Below are positions 39,679-53,186 of a stretch of 64,000 nucleotides of DNA, piece by piece. The notes under the pieces are model-generated. The model was not told where the DNA came from. It worked only from the letters and a program-made list of their open reading frames with translations, and made no database searches. The stretch lies in the NCBI RefSeq assembly GCF_037042905.1, contig NC_087245.1, forward strand, positions 43,526,001-43,590,000, written 5' to 3'. The position numbers and the translations under genes were made by a program. Every line of letters starts with the position of its first letter. The first letter of the stretch is position 1. This DNA comes from Lytechinus pictus (taxonomy: Eukaryota).

Positions 39679-40008
39679 AGGAGAAGTCCACGCAATCAAA
39701 AATTAATTTGAATTTAAAGAAAAATAACAAGATATTGCAGGAAATTTCATAAAAACTTTGATTCAAATTTATATAATTACTATTTTAACAGTTCCGTAAA
39801 TGTAACCTATTGTGATCAGATGAAGAGTTTCCTATCGTCAAATCTGCAAAGAATAAAAAACAAAATGCCACAAAAAATAGAAACGAATGTGATGTGAGTG
39901 ACAACTCTAATTTGCATATCATTGTTTTGTGTATATGACTGTTTTGAGTAAAAACAACAAGGGAAATTACTCTATTCAAATAATTTTTAGTTGATGTGGA
40001 CTTGACTT
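39679..40008. mobile_element. Old, internally deleted copy of the TTAA MITE family
   Basis: AGGAGAAGTCCAC...GTGGACTTGACTT-TTAA. Confidence 0.6.
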
Positions 40009-41376
40009 TTAACTCTACCCCTCCCATCCCAAATAAGAGTAGAAATAATCTAATCAAGAACTTGAAAATCAAAAGCAGCAATTAAGAAGCAAGATTTGAT
40101 AAATACAGGTCTGAATAGAATTTCACAAGAAAATAAAAAGAGAAAAAAAGATGGGTAGGGACGGGGAAGGAATTTAAAAAAATACCCAGAAAAAAAATCC
40201 GAGTTTTGAACCAGGGTCCTCGCACATAACAAAACAATAGCCAACGCATTTGGCCACAGACCATTACCCTATCGGAAAGGCATTTTTAAGATATATGAAA
40301 TAAAGTCCGCTCGCCGCTGTTGCCTAATAATGCTTCGGCAATTCAACTGCAATTTCAGTCATTTCGCGATGGATATTGCCGTGTTATTTTTGTGGTTCAT
40401 GACTTTGCTACTTAATGAAATTTCATAATTTTTGTTCAGTCATAAAGAAGAATGTCTATGCTTTATATTGATTATAATATTAATGTGACGCAAGTGTGAT
40501 TTCTGCGTGAAAATATGCTTTGTTTATTCACATATATTTCTTGAAAAAAAAATCATTTTTTCTAGGCTAAATATCGGTTACCAAAATACGTTAAATGTGC
40601 ACTTTTTTTCACTGTTCAGTAAATTCAATCTTTTATCTATATAACAAGACCAATCTTAAGAGGAATAAACAATTCTAAGAGCAAAAAACGCTGATTGGAA
40701 AGATCGTCTCCAATGGGCTGCTGTCAGCTCAGCTGCTCACTGCTCATTGTGTGACGTCACTCAGCTGGAGCTCGCAAGAGGACCGGTGGAAGGCAGAAAT
40801 ATGGCATGAAAATAAATCATTTCTGAGAGCTGATTTCTGCAAACTCTGATCACTATTTTGAAAAGTGAAGTTATTTATCTGATTAGTAATACTTCCCCTT
40901 TACAATGATGACCACATAAAGTCATTATAAAATACTTTTGATTCTTCGGGTGTATACTTTAAGGTTATCATGAAAAAAAGAAGCATAATATCATGCCACT
41001 GCATAAAACAATGATGACTGTAACTATAGGCCTATTTGGTGTATATTGACTCGAAAACGGGATGTTTTAGTACAACAGGAATTAAACAGACAATGCGAGC
41101 ACCATGAATGATGAACACATAGGCTCTAAGCAAATTGTTTCATAAAGTTATGAAATATATTTCTTATGAAATATATTTCTTATGTAATGTAATATAATGT
41201 AACATATAATATAATTTCTTCATCCCCCACTACGCTTTTCTTTTTTTCTCCCTCTTTTTCTCCTTTCCCCGTTTTATTTTTTGGGCCAGCCCATGGGGGG
41301 GGGGGGGGGGGGGGGCACGTGCCCCCCATGCCCCCCGTAGTTACGAAACTGTATATGCTGTTAAATTAAGACTAGG

Positions 41377-41915
41377 TTGACAATTTTTGATGTAACTGAA
41401 ACAATCAAATTTCTAGGTAAAATTTTAGATGATAAATTAAGTTTTACTAATCATCGTTTACATATTTGTAACAAAATATTTAAAAGTGTAGGAATACTGT
41501 GTAAATTGAAATCCATATTACCAGAAATGAATTTGATTATGCTATATTGCGCTATAAAAATGCCTATTATCATTATTATTGTTATTATTATTATCATTAT
41601 TACCATTATTATATAGCTCTTTGATTCTACCTTATATTCAATATTTCAACATAACGTTGGCCAGTGTCGGAATAACTTAACTTGATTGTATTCATAAACT
41701 CCAGAAAAAAATCGCTACGCATTTGCACCAATTCTCCATATCTGACACCATCGGGGCCATTATTTTTTAGATTAAAAACGATGACAGTCTATGATATTCA
41801 TGAATTTCAGATTGCTACACTTATGCACGCAATTGAACATAGATATGTTCCTATTATTATCAATCTTTTTCAATATAACTGTGACTTACACCAATACAAT
41901 ACTTGCTCTGCTAAT
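41377..41915 (+). mobile_element. Decayed LINE 3' ORF2 fragment
   Basis: KFLGKILDDKLSF..H...ICNK..KSVGIL, matching the post-RT region of the other LINEs in this window. Confidence 0.75.
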
Positions 41916-43520
41916 CATCCCGCCCTTTTACGTGTACGATCAAGCGTGTACGTGAACGAAAGTGTGACCAAAGTGTGAACAAAATTCGGCTTTCTGTTGG
42001 ATATATATCAGGATTTTATCATTTTTAGCTTACATATCGTACATCTTACTACCCCAATTAGTGTTCCTATCACTTCAAAGATGAAAATGCGGTCCAAATC
42101 TCGGACTGAGAAAGGTAACTTTGAAGCCACTGAGCTGCCACCGAAGGGGACTTCGAAGTACGAGGCCAGCTCCAACAGACGCCCGGGGCGCACCCGATGG
42201 ATTCAGCCAACAGATCTCCAACGATTTCAGGTTTTCAAGTTCAAGTTCAAGTTTCAAGTTTATTTAAACCAATCAAAACAAAAGACATATCACACAGTTT
42301 AACAAAAAATGAGAATACATGATAAGTTTGGGACCCCATAGAAGCAGAGCTTGTGAGAGGGGCCCCTTATATAAAACATTACAGCAAGAATGAAATGAAA
42401 AATATATACAATGATAATCTCGAGAGTAAATAAGAAAAATACATACAAAAATCCACCCACACACACACATACACACCCTCATATACATCGTAATACATCA
42501 ATGGCACGTATCTTGCTATTTGTTTTCACATTTTTAATGATCCACATACATACATAACTCATGTTGCCATTATCACATTGATTGTTTGGTCTGATTCTAT
42601 CGACATTATGTTCATAATGGTCACTCGGGCAATGCGTTGCCAACTGCTGTTGTTCTATTTGATATTTAAATTCGATTTGAATTTCTTACTATCACCAAGA
42701 AGATTCTAACACTGGAGTTCCAACAGGCAACAAATTTATTCAAGCAGATGTTCATTTTTAAAGAAGCACAAAAGAAAGAACGGCAATAAGGATATTTTGA
42801 TGTCTGCCTTCGAAACCGCCAGTTTCAGTGAAGAAATCCGAGGGGTGAAATTTTACGAATATCCATTTGTATAAATTTGCCATCTTTCATATTAATAAAC
42901 AGACTGAAATTTGAATGCATGACAAAACATCAATAACCAAGCACTATTACGACGAGATATTTGCCCAGACTATATCAATTAACCTTTAATTGGTGAAAAA
43001 AGAAAGAATTTGACCTTTACTGAAACCAGATTTTAACACTTATCCGATCGTTTGCGGCGAATAAAAATTTCAAATGTGGTCGGTGGAATATTGTTGTTCA
43101 TTACTGTATATGCCAGATGAGTGCCCGCACATGCCCAGTCGAGCAAATTTGAGTCATATTTCAGGACATATTACATAGTTTATTTTCGCATGCCCCGAAT
43201 TATGTACTACTCATATAACCAGACCAAGATCATGAAGATGCCGCGACAAAGTAATTATCATCACAAAAGCATATTTCCCTTTATGTATGACCTATAGCTG
43301 CGAGTCATGTGGGAATCATTTGTCTACACAATTGCAAGAGATGTTGAGCAAAGTGCATGCCTGACATACTTTCTGCTGGTGGCTTTTAACCTTGTTCAAA
43401 GAGATTTTATATGATGTGACTCCATCTCATTTGAAACCTCCTTGCTATCACCAAGATATGTCAATTACTGTTTACCTTTCATAGGCGATTTGTCTCTTTC
43501 TGTGACATCTGCTCTCTTTA

Positions 43521-46500
43521 ATGAGTAGTAACCATGACGTGCCTAATGTTCGGCCCCATCGTCATGTAAGTCCTGAACACATACAAAGTAAAAATGCAAC
43601 TGTTACTGATATTTGTAATGAAAGGATGTCTGATCTAAATCTTACTTATGATACAAATGAATTATCAATAAAAAACATGTCTTCTTATTATACATTGCCT
43701 CAGGATTTAAAATGTAAAAAGTAGAATTCTCAATTTTTTCAGCTCTTCATTAAAGGAGCTTGTGTAAAAATGTTGACCCTTTTCAATTTTTTCTCAATTC
43801 ACTGAATGAAGAAATATCAGTCGTAGGTTTATGCGAAACCTGGTTATCCGATCACTTACTTCTCTTGTTCATTTGGATGATTATGCAATCGTTGTTAATA
43901 ATAGAGTAAATAATCATGATGGTGGCGTAACTTTAAATGTTAGAAATAATCTCCAATTAAAAGTAATAAGTGATTTGACATGCATGACAGAAACAATTGA
44001 CAGCATTTTCATTGAAATTGAAATTGCACCTCGAAAAAATATACTTGTTGGTGAAATTTATAGACCGCCAAACGGTAACATAGCTGATTTTACAGACATA
44101 TTGTATTCTTTTTTGATTCACACTATTTTCAGAACAAACATTGCTTTATAATGGGTGATATTAATATCGATCTGCTTCACTACCCCGAAAAGCCAGCTTG
44201 TCAGGATTTTTTAAGTATTATGATCTCAAATTATTTCACTCCTTGCATCACTAAGCCAACTCGCATTTTGTTTGTGTTACTAAGACGCTAATTGATAATG
44301 TTTTTACAAACATCCACGGCTATTTAGACATGCCTTGGGTATAATAGTATTTAATTTAACAGACCACTTCCCTGTATATGTTTTTCCCCCACATATTTGA
44401 TACTAAACAAAACTATTCAAAATTTCGAGGTTCAAGAAGAATGTCAGATCAAAATACTGGACGTTTCAAAGAATGCTTGTCTCAGGCTGGCTGGTCCACG
44501 GTACTGAATACAACTGATGCTAACCAAACTCATGATTAATTTCTAAATAGTATTTTACCTTTATTTGGCCATTATTTTCCAGTAAGAAATCACTTAATAA
44601 AAAGTACCACGCTCTCCCTGGATCACACGGTCTCTACTTAAATCCATGAACAAGAAATCTACAAGCACAGATGACGCTAAATCTAATTATTCAATTTATA
44701 GAAATACCCTAACATCTGTGCTGAGACAAGCCAAAAGAAATTATTTTTCTCTTTATTTGAAACTCATAAGAAAGATACAAGGTCAACCTAGAAAGTGATA
44801 AATCAAGTTTTTAACAAGGAAGGATCGAAAAAGAATATTAAAAGGATCGTCCAACAAAATAAGGAAATTACAGATGATACAGATAATATCTGGCCATTAG
44901 CCGAAGCATTCAATTCTTTCTTTGTAAACATCGGCCCAAATTTAGCTAATACTATATCTAATAGTAGCAAACTCTGTCATTCTTTTTTACCAAACCGGAA
45001 TCCTCGTACCATATTATTTTTACCTGTTTCTGAACACGAAATTATAGACATAGTTAAAATTCTACCGGCGAAAAAAGTTCTGGTTTTGGTGGTATTTCTT
45101 ATGATTTTCTCATCAAAATTATTCATGAAGTCGTGATGCCCTTGACTCATATATACAATCTTTCTCTACAGTGTGGTATTGTCCCTAATAAAATGAATGA
45201 ATTTTAGAAGAAAAAATAACAGCATATTCTCGTACCATAAAATTTCTTACGAATTGCAATGTTAGACTCACAATTTGGCTTTCGTAATATACATTCAACG
45301 GTTCATGCAATAATGTTATTAATCGATAAAGTTACCAAGGCAATTGATAAAAAAATCTCATGTTGCTGGTATTTTTCTGGACTCCCCAAGGCCTTTGACA
45401 TGATCAACTAAGACATACTTTTATATACAAACTTTCTCATTGTGGAATTCGTGGAAAGGCCTTGGAGTGGTTCAGAAGTTACCTTATAAACAGAGCTCAA
45501 TTTGTAGTCATTAATAACTCAAATTCTAAAATACAGCACATTGCATATGGCGTGCCTCAGGGTTCCCTTTTGTGTCCATTGCTATTTATTTTATACATCA
45601 ACGATTTCCAAAACTCATCCTCTTTATTATCATTTCTTCTTTTCGCAGGTGACACGAACTTATTTTTTACACACATCAATCCTCAAATCCTTCTTTAAAG
45701 ACTAAATGTTGAATCATGATCTGTGTGTGATTTGATACGAGCCAATATATTATCCCTAAATTTTAAAAAGACACATTATATGGTTTTTAGCAACTCATTA
45801 CACACATTGCCATGTCTTGTTTATATGAATGGTAATGTTTTAGAACAAATTGAATCAACAAAATTTCTTGGTATCTTTGTTGATTGTAAATTATCATGTA
45901 AAGTTCACATTGATCACCTATGTAAATTGCTCTCAAGAAATCTTGGAGTCATTAATAAACTTAAACCTCATTTTCCGCATCACAATCTGAAATAATTGTA
46001 TTCTACTCTATTGTTACCATATCTAAATAATGGAATTTTAGCCTTGGGAAATGCCTCTAAGACAAAACTTGAATCCATACATAAAATTTAAAAAAGAGCA
46101 GTGAGGATAATTTCTTCTTCTGACTTTCTGGCCCATACTAATCCGCTATTTTATTCAAACAAGTTATTGAAAGTAACCGATTTATATTATTATTTTGTTG
46201 GTACATGTATATTTATGTATCAACTAAATAAACAGGAATTACCGAGTGTATTCTCTGATTTGCTTGTTCAAAATTAAAAAATCAATTCCTACCCAACTCG
46301 ACAAGTACACAATTTCCACATTTCCCCAGTGCGCACTGTTCTTGCCCTTAAATCATTCACTTATACAGGGTCTTCCTTTTGGAATAATTTAGACACCCAT
46401 ATAATTCAGGCGCCCTCATTACATTCTTTTACATGTGGGTGCGTCGTGGTCTAGTGGTTCTGACTCTCGCCTTTGAAACAGAGGGTCGTGTGTTCGAATC

Positions 46501-47041
46501 GTAGCCATGACGTATTTTCCTTCAGCGAAGAAATTTATCCACACTGTGCCTGCACTCGACCCAGGTGAGGTGAATGGGTACCCGGCAGGAGTAATTCCTT
46601 GCATGCACTGAGCGCCGGTGATGGTAGCTCGAGCTAAAGCCGGGGTAATAATAGCAGCGCTTTGTATCCTCTGGCAAAAAGCGCTTTATAAATCCAACTA
46701 TTATTATTATTATTAGGCTGAAAATATTTATTTTACTATTGCACGCTAGTGGGTAAGCGCCTTGCTCGAGTGACTACGATGTAGAACTCTTTATAATGTA
46801 TTTATATATTTTTTTCGTCATTTGATTTATCTCGTTTCATTGCGTTAGGAGTTTTTAATCCTTGATTATTTTCTTCTGGGAACCTATAACTACAAGCTAT
46901 GAATTTTAATAGGTTCCTCATATTTCACGATATTGTATTTCTTTGTAAAACACTACAATTATGTTTTTTCTGTCATCTTCTCATATATGTTCAAGATGTA
47001 TTATTTGTGGAATATGAAACAATAAATCAAAAAAAAAAAAA
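43521..47041 (+). mobile_element. Decayed CR1/L2-group LINE with A-rich tail, interrupted by a SINE
   Basis: GLCETW, IYRPP, MGDIN, GVPQGSLL.P and KFLG motifs across frameshifted ORFs; AATAAATC(A)n at ~47020-47041. Confidence 0.9.
46437..46715 (+). mobile_element. tRNA-derived SINE (DeuSINE-like)
   Basis: Pol III A box TGGTCTAGTGG, B box GTTCGAATC, central CCAGGTGAGGTGAATGGGTACCCGGC and (TAT)n tail. Confidence 0.85.
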
Positions 47042-49799
47042 TCATCACACACAAAAGCACACCCGAACATCCATCATCTTGGTTGTATATGAGGAGAGTT
47101 TGAGTTCAAATTAGGCATAGGTACTAATAATGATCTTTTTGAGTTTGCATTTAAACGAAGAAACAGTTGAACATGTAAAAAGCCATACATTCAGATATTA
47201 TCCCAGATTCAAGGTCCGCTTAATTCAAGAGAATTCAGAATTAGGTTTAAAGCTGTTTTAGGGTAATTTATTTATTTATTATTTATTCATGTTTTCTTTA
47301 TAAAAAGCAGGGTAGTCAGATTCAGGCCAGAGGCCTGCTTTACAAGGAAGCCCTGCTATCAATCACAATTCGAACATTATACAATCACAATTATAACATA
47401 CACAATTAAAATACACAACACAAAAATAATATATATACATAATAAACAAATAACAATGGGGGGGGGGGTAATGCCTATACATACTATGGCAAAAACAGAA
47501 AAATCAATTAGCTTGCTTGGAATTTACGGACGTTTCGTTTAAAGATAGGAAGTGAGGCAGAGCACTTAATGGGTACTAGTAATGAGTTAAATAGTTTTGC
47601 TGCTATATAGGAGAATGACCGTTTTTTATACTCGGTTCTTGGTTTTGCGAGATACAATTGTTGTAATGAGATTGATCTAGTAGGATAGTTTTTAGGTCTC
47701 AGAGGCATTGTTTGCAATAAATAACCAGGAGCAAGACCGTTTAAAGTCTTATACATAAGTACTTGAAAATTGTAATCCACTCTGTTTTTAACAGATTGTA
47801 ATTTCAGAGAGTGCAACATATTCTGGACTGGGGTATAGTAGTCTGCATCTAATACCAAACGACAATATTTGTTTTGACACTTCTATAGTCGCTACAAATC
47901 TTTCACTTTTAATGATCCCCAAACAGATGGACAGTTTTCGATATGAGGAAGGATTGAATAAAAATGCAAGTGGGCGAATACGTCTTTTGTCAGACAGTGC
48001 CTGATTCTCCGCATGCATATTATAGAAATCATGATCTTTTTAATGATGGAATTGATGTGAAAAGACCAGTCCAGAATATGACTGAAGGTGACACCCAGAT
48101 ATTTAAATTTAGTTACATTTTATATGGATCTACCATTCATGTATATCTGCATCTTGGTTGGGTGTACCTTTCTCCGACTTGAAAATAACATAACTTTCGT
48201 TTTATATGTATTAACAACTAAACCATTTTCTTATAACGATTTACTTAAAACATAAACATCACTTTGCAACTGTGTTTGATCAGCTTTAACTCCATATCCA
48301 GAAGAGAATATTGCAGTATCATCTGCATACAGAGAAATATTATATAGTATTAGAATGCATAGTTAAATTACTAATTTCATTAATGAACATACAAAACAGT
48401 AGAGGGCCCAAAATTGAACCTTACGGTACCCCTGAATGAACAGGCATAAAATCGCTAGTAGTACCCTTATAGGACACACATTGCTTTCTTCTAATTAAGT
48501 ATGATTCAATCCATGTTAACTCTATATTTCTTATGCCAAAATAATATAATTTCTTGATATGGATATCGTGAGGGATAATATCAAAGCTTTTCTAAAGTCC
48601 AAAAACAGAGCACCCGTTACTCGGCCTTTGTCTAGGTTATCGTATAACATATCAGAAACTCTGTTAGGCACCTCGAGGTGGAATGTTTACTTCTAAAACC
48701 TGACTGCCGATGAGACATCAATTCTTCGTGGTGAAGATATTCCATTAATTGAGAGTGGACCACTCTTTCTAAAATTTTGGAAACGATCGAGAGAAGGGAG
48801 AAAGGGCGAAAATGGTTGGGTTCGTTAGCAGTCTTTGTTTTGGGAATAGGGACTACTTTAGCCAGCTTAAAATCATTGGGAATTTGTCCAGATTGTATGG
48901 ACTGGTTTGAAAATGCGCACAAGAGGAATGGCAACCGATTGTGCGCTGAGTTTTAGCAATCTCGGGTGGACGTCGTCAAGGCCTACAGATTTTGTACAAT
49001 TGATGTTATTCAATTCCTTTCTTACAACGTCAACAGTTATCTTTCCAAAAGTAAAGCGTGAATGTACTTCACGAAGTCTCTTGATAGCGTCATCACTCTT
49101 TTCTTTTATTTCGCTAGGGGCTTTACCATGAATCGATTCAAAAACTTTGCTAAACATTGTGTTAAACTCTGTTGCTATTTTAAAGGATCCGATTCAATAG
49201 CACCATCAATGACCAGATGAGAGCCTTCGCTCGAGTCGTTGTTAGGCAAAAACCCTTTAACAATATTCCAGGTTTCTTTCATATCACTGGTTCCCTCTAT
49301 CTTACTACGATAATATGACCTTTTCAGTTTTTTATTGAGAGTTTTAGTATTGTTTCTGGGTGAAATATATTTCCCCCACATAGCAGTACTTTCATATTCA
49401 TTTTTATTTCTATCATATATAACTCCCATCATTTGTTGTTTTAGAGATAATCATACACACAATGAAAAGTGTGTAAACTTGTGCCATGTAACGTCAGTTA
49501 CCGTGAAAATGCCCAAATACAGTAGAAAAATGACCTACCATTGTAAAGCTTAGAATCTCCTCTTTCATCTGAAATTACTTAGATTATTTGTCATTCACGC
49601 ATGAGTGAGCAAAAACAATTTGAAGAAAGGATACCAAAAACTCATTTGGCGGGGGTATCTGAATTTTAAAAAGAAAATTACATGCCTAAAATGTTCAATA
49701 TCTGCTATTTTATTTGATACCTTAATCACAAAAAATGGTCAAGAAGTTAAAAAGTGATGTTCCCTCGAAACAATGCTTGTATTTCCAAAATTTCATTAA

Positions 49800-49961
49800 T
49801 ACCTTGGTCACATTTGTTCTCGGCGGCCGTACGGCGAGTCGAAAACAGCCGTTTTAATATTTATTTGTACCAGCACCATATAGGTGGTTTTAGTAAAAAT
49901 GAATAAAACGGCTGTTTTCGACTCGCCGTACGGCCGCCGTTGAGCAAATGTGACCATGGCA
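49800..49961. mobile_element. PIF/Harbinger-like hairpin MITE with TAA TSD
   Basis: TAA-TACCTTGGTCACATTTG...CAAATGTGACCATGGCA-TAA with ~55-bp TIRs. Confidence 0.8.
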
Positions 49962-50188
49962 TAAATAAACGTGTTTTCGCCGGTTGCCCACAGAAGTTAT
50001 CGCATGGTTAACAAAAGACTTTAAATAGTGCATGGCTGATCGTCAACAAAACGGAGTGGCGAGTGAATTTGAACGCTAACCTGTAAAACCTCTTCACTTT
50101 ATGAAATTACTGAAATTCAAGCCTTATTTCAAATAACCAGAACTTTGTTATTTTTTTACCATTTTCTGTAATTGAGGTATCAAATTAA

Positions 50189-50772
50189 AGGACAAGTCCA
50201 CCCCAACAAAAAGTTGATTTGAATAAAAAGAGAAAAATCCAACAAGCAAAACACTAAAAATTTCATCAAAATCGGATGTAAAATAAGAAAGTTATGACAT
50301 TTAAAGTTTCGCTTAATTTCACAAAACAGTTATATGCACATCCTGGCTAGCTGGTATGCAAATGAGGAGACTATGACGTCATCCACTCACAATTTCTTTT
50401 TTTATATGAAATATGTAATATTCTAATTTTCTCCTCATTGTTAAGTGATACAACTATTAATTCCTCCCTGAACATGTGGCATTAGCATTGTTTAATACTT
50501 ATGTTTCAGTCAAGTTGGTCCTTATTGTCAAATCTATAAAAAATAAAATATTGTATAATTCGAACAATAAAAAACAAAGAAATAGTGAGTGATGGACATC
50601 ATTGACTGACTCACCTAGTTGTGCATATCACTGTTTTGTGAAAAATAAGCGAAACTTTAAAATGTCATAACTTTCTTTTTTTACATCCGATTTTTATGAA
50701 ATTTTCAGTACTATGCTAGTTTGATTTTCTCTATTTATTCAAGTCAGCATTTTCCTGGGGTGGACTTGACCT
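50189..50772. mobile_element. TTAA-flanked MITE nested in an older palindromic element (~49610-50870)
   Basis: TTAA-AGGACAAGTCC...GGACTTGACCT-TTAA. The flanks are reverse-complementary to 49625-49746. Confidence 0.85.
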
Positions 50773-52153
50773 TTAAAGAGCAGATATTGAACTTTTAAAA
50801 ATGTGTTTTTCTATTTGAAACCCAGATACAGCCCGCCAATTGACTTTTTAGTATCCCCTCTTCAAATGTCATTTGTCTATTGTATTTGAGATTAAGTTAT
50901 GATAAATCATCGCTTAATCTCGGTTTCGTTTTTTTCTGAGACGCACTTTATAAGTGATTCGAGTTCCGACTCATTCTCATTATGGGCTGTCATGTTTACT
51001 GTATTGTCTGTTAGAGTTAAGTCTGTCTGATCTAAATCAGAATTATTTCAGCTCATTAACACAGATTGATTAGAACATTCATGAAGGGGCAGTTCTTTCC
51101 ACAGACAACAATCGCATTTCCAGTCAGTGTTTGATCTGAAAAATGGTAATGACATGCCAGAGCAATCTAAATGTCCCCAGTTTTTACAGTTAATACAAAG
51201 CATAGTATTCTGATTATTTATAACTGTTTTCTTACAATAAATACATGGACATTTTTTAGGCATAGTGATATAGGCAATTACAATAAAGAAGTAAACAGGC
51301 GTAAACAATATACAACAAAAAGTACTAAAAATGTTACTCTAGCGTTAAAAGGAAATTGAGGGTAACACTTTACAAAGTTCTTCAATCAACAAGGAAACAA
51401 GCTTCCAGTTTTGAGTCAATGTGAGCTACACTTGTGATCGAGATCATCGTTTCGTTAGCATTCACAACCGTGATAACAATAATTGGCATTTATTATAGCG
51501 TTTTATCAATCTACAACTGTTCAAAGCGCTTCACAATTATTATTACCCGGTCACTGGATTCATAGCATTCCAAGCAGCTTGTTAGGCGCAAACTTGCTAA
51601 ACCAACCACAATGACGGTTGTTTCCTACCGGTACCCAATTAGCACATGGGTTTTCCTGCAAATCATTTAGTCATTTAATATTAATTATTATTAAAATACA
51701 TAGAGGGTTGGGGGCTCAGTTAAGTAAGTTTTTTTTTTTTTATATAGATGTAAAAGTATAATTTTAAGAAATTTCATTTCGTCCTTATTTGCTTCAGTTT
51801 TTGGTAAATATATATGTATTTTTTTTGCATATCCTTGTTGATATAAACTGAAGATTTGTATTTTGTTTGTATTTATCTGGAGTTTATGTAATTCATTTGA
51901 ATGAAATCCTTAATAAAAACATGTAAAAAAAATATTTCGCTTTTTCCCCTCTTCATTTGACGTGTACATGACTTGTATTAATTACTCTATTTATTGGAGG
52001 CTTATTTTCAAGTGTTAATTTTTTGTTGCCCTTCTATTCTTGTAATAATATTTCTATGTAGGAATGCACAATTTGATGATGTTTTAATGATTATCAAGAA
52101 TAAATTGAATTTGAATCGAACTATTTACACATTAAAATTCCAGAAGTAATCAT

Positions 52154-52321
52154 CTACCCTGCCGTCCACAGTCGCCAAATGTTGCTATTACACATGAAGC
52201 TTACGAATATAAAGAACCCTTGTAGTGTGTTTAGTAGAATGAATATATACCACAGGGCCGCGAAATCAAGGTACGTAGCGGCGAATCCAAAGAACCAAGT
52301 AAACCCCATAAGAGTGGATAT
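52154..52321 (-). CDS. Paralogue 2 terminal exon (TM6-TM7); absent from the ORF track
   Basis: (CT)n tract and cAG acceptor at 52323-52322, then ISTLMGFTWFFGFAATYLDFAALWYIFILLNTLQGFFIFVSFMCNSNIWRLWTAG*. Confidence 0.92.
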   Translation of the reverse strand: MSTLMGFTWFFGFAATYLDFAALWYIFILLNTLQGFFIFVSFMCNSNIWRLWTAG

Positions 52322-52690
52322 CTGTTCGAGAGAGAGAGAGAGAGAGAAGGGGGTTATTTTAGATGTCTACATATAGAAAATATGAATGTAAAGTTAATTT
52401 ACTTGATGAAATGACCGCATTTCAATCAAGAATTTATAGAATGTGGACGCAAGATTAGTGCATCACCCGATGTATGTACATGGTTGATGTGTGAGTACAC
52501 AAATTATCATAACACGAATTCATATAGGATTATCATATGCATTTTTTCTGTACCGATTGAAAACCTGAGATAGATAATTCGCTATGCAGGATTATTTTTC
52601 AAGCAGAAGGGCGACGTTCCCTTTCGCCATACATCAGCCGAATAATGTGCCTTCATTATAAACAGAACATGTAAGTAAGAGAACCATATA

Positions 52691-52913
52691 CACACTTAAA
52701 ATGTTGGGCAACCTACTGTCCACTGTGTTGGGTAATGTATGATGTTAATAAAATACATACATTCTGGGCAATTATTATCCAATTGAGCAAGTTACTAATT
52801 ATTAGTTTTATTACCCAATTTTGCGGCAGATTTCAACCAATAGTTGTGTGGAGAGTATGTTGCCCAGTGTTGGTCAAGAGTTGGGCATTTTTGGCCCAAA
52901 TATTTTAAGAGTG
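52691..52913. mobile_element. Small intronic MITE with TA flanks
   Basis: TA-CACACTTAAAATGTTGGGC...GCCCAAATATTTTAAGAGTG-TA. Confidence 0.7.
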
Positions 52914-53186
52914 TACGATTGCAGAATGCTGCGAAAATGGTGTATCTCAAATAGTTTAACTGATATTTCATTGATTCCAAAGTAGAACGACCAGCTCTTA
53001 ACAAATTGGAAGAAGTGGCGGTCTTTACTTCTCTAAACACTAATACAATGTTCTCCTTAGCTATTTACGTGTATAGACAAATCTAACTAGAATTCATTTT
53101 CTCTTATGAATACACTTTTAATGTTATCGTTGTTTTTTTTAGCTTCTATTTCATAAAAAAGTTGGACGAAAGCAAATTCTTTGTAC

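Larger units (their letters stand above)
47267..51360 (-). mobile_element. Decayed CR1-type LINE: PHD finger (51048-51308) and RT (47508-49420), middle occupied by nested DNA elements
   Basis: C4HC3 pattern CIYC..CINC..WGH..C..WKCDCC; QSGFR, GSILGP and YADDT motifs; (AAAT)n tail at ~47270. Confidence 0.8.

Noticed and set aside
46437..46510. tRNA gene
   Set aside because: It continues into a SINE body and (TAT)n tail inside a LINE, so it is a SINE head.
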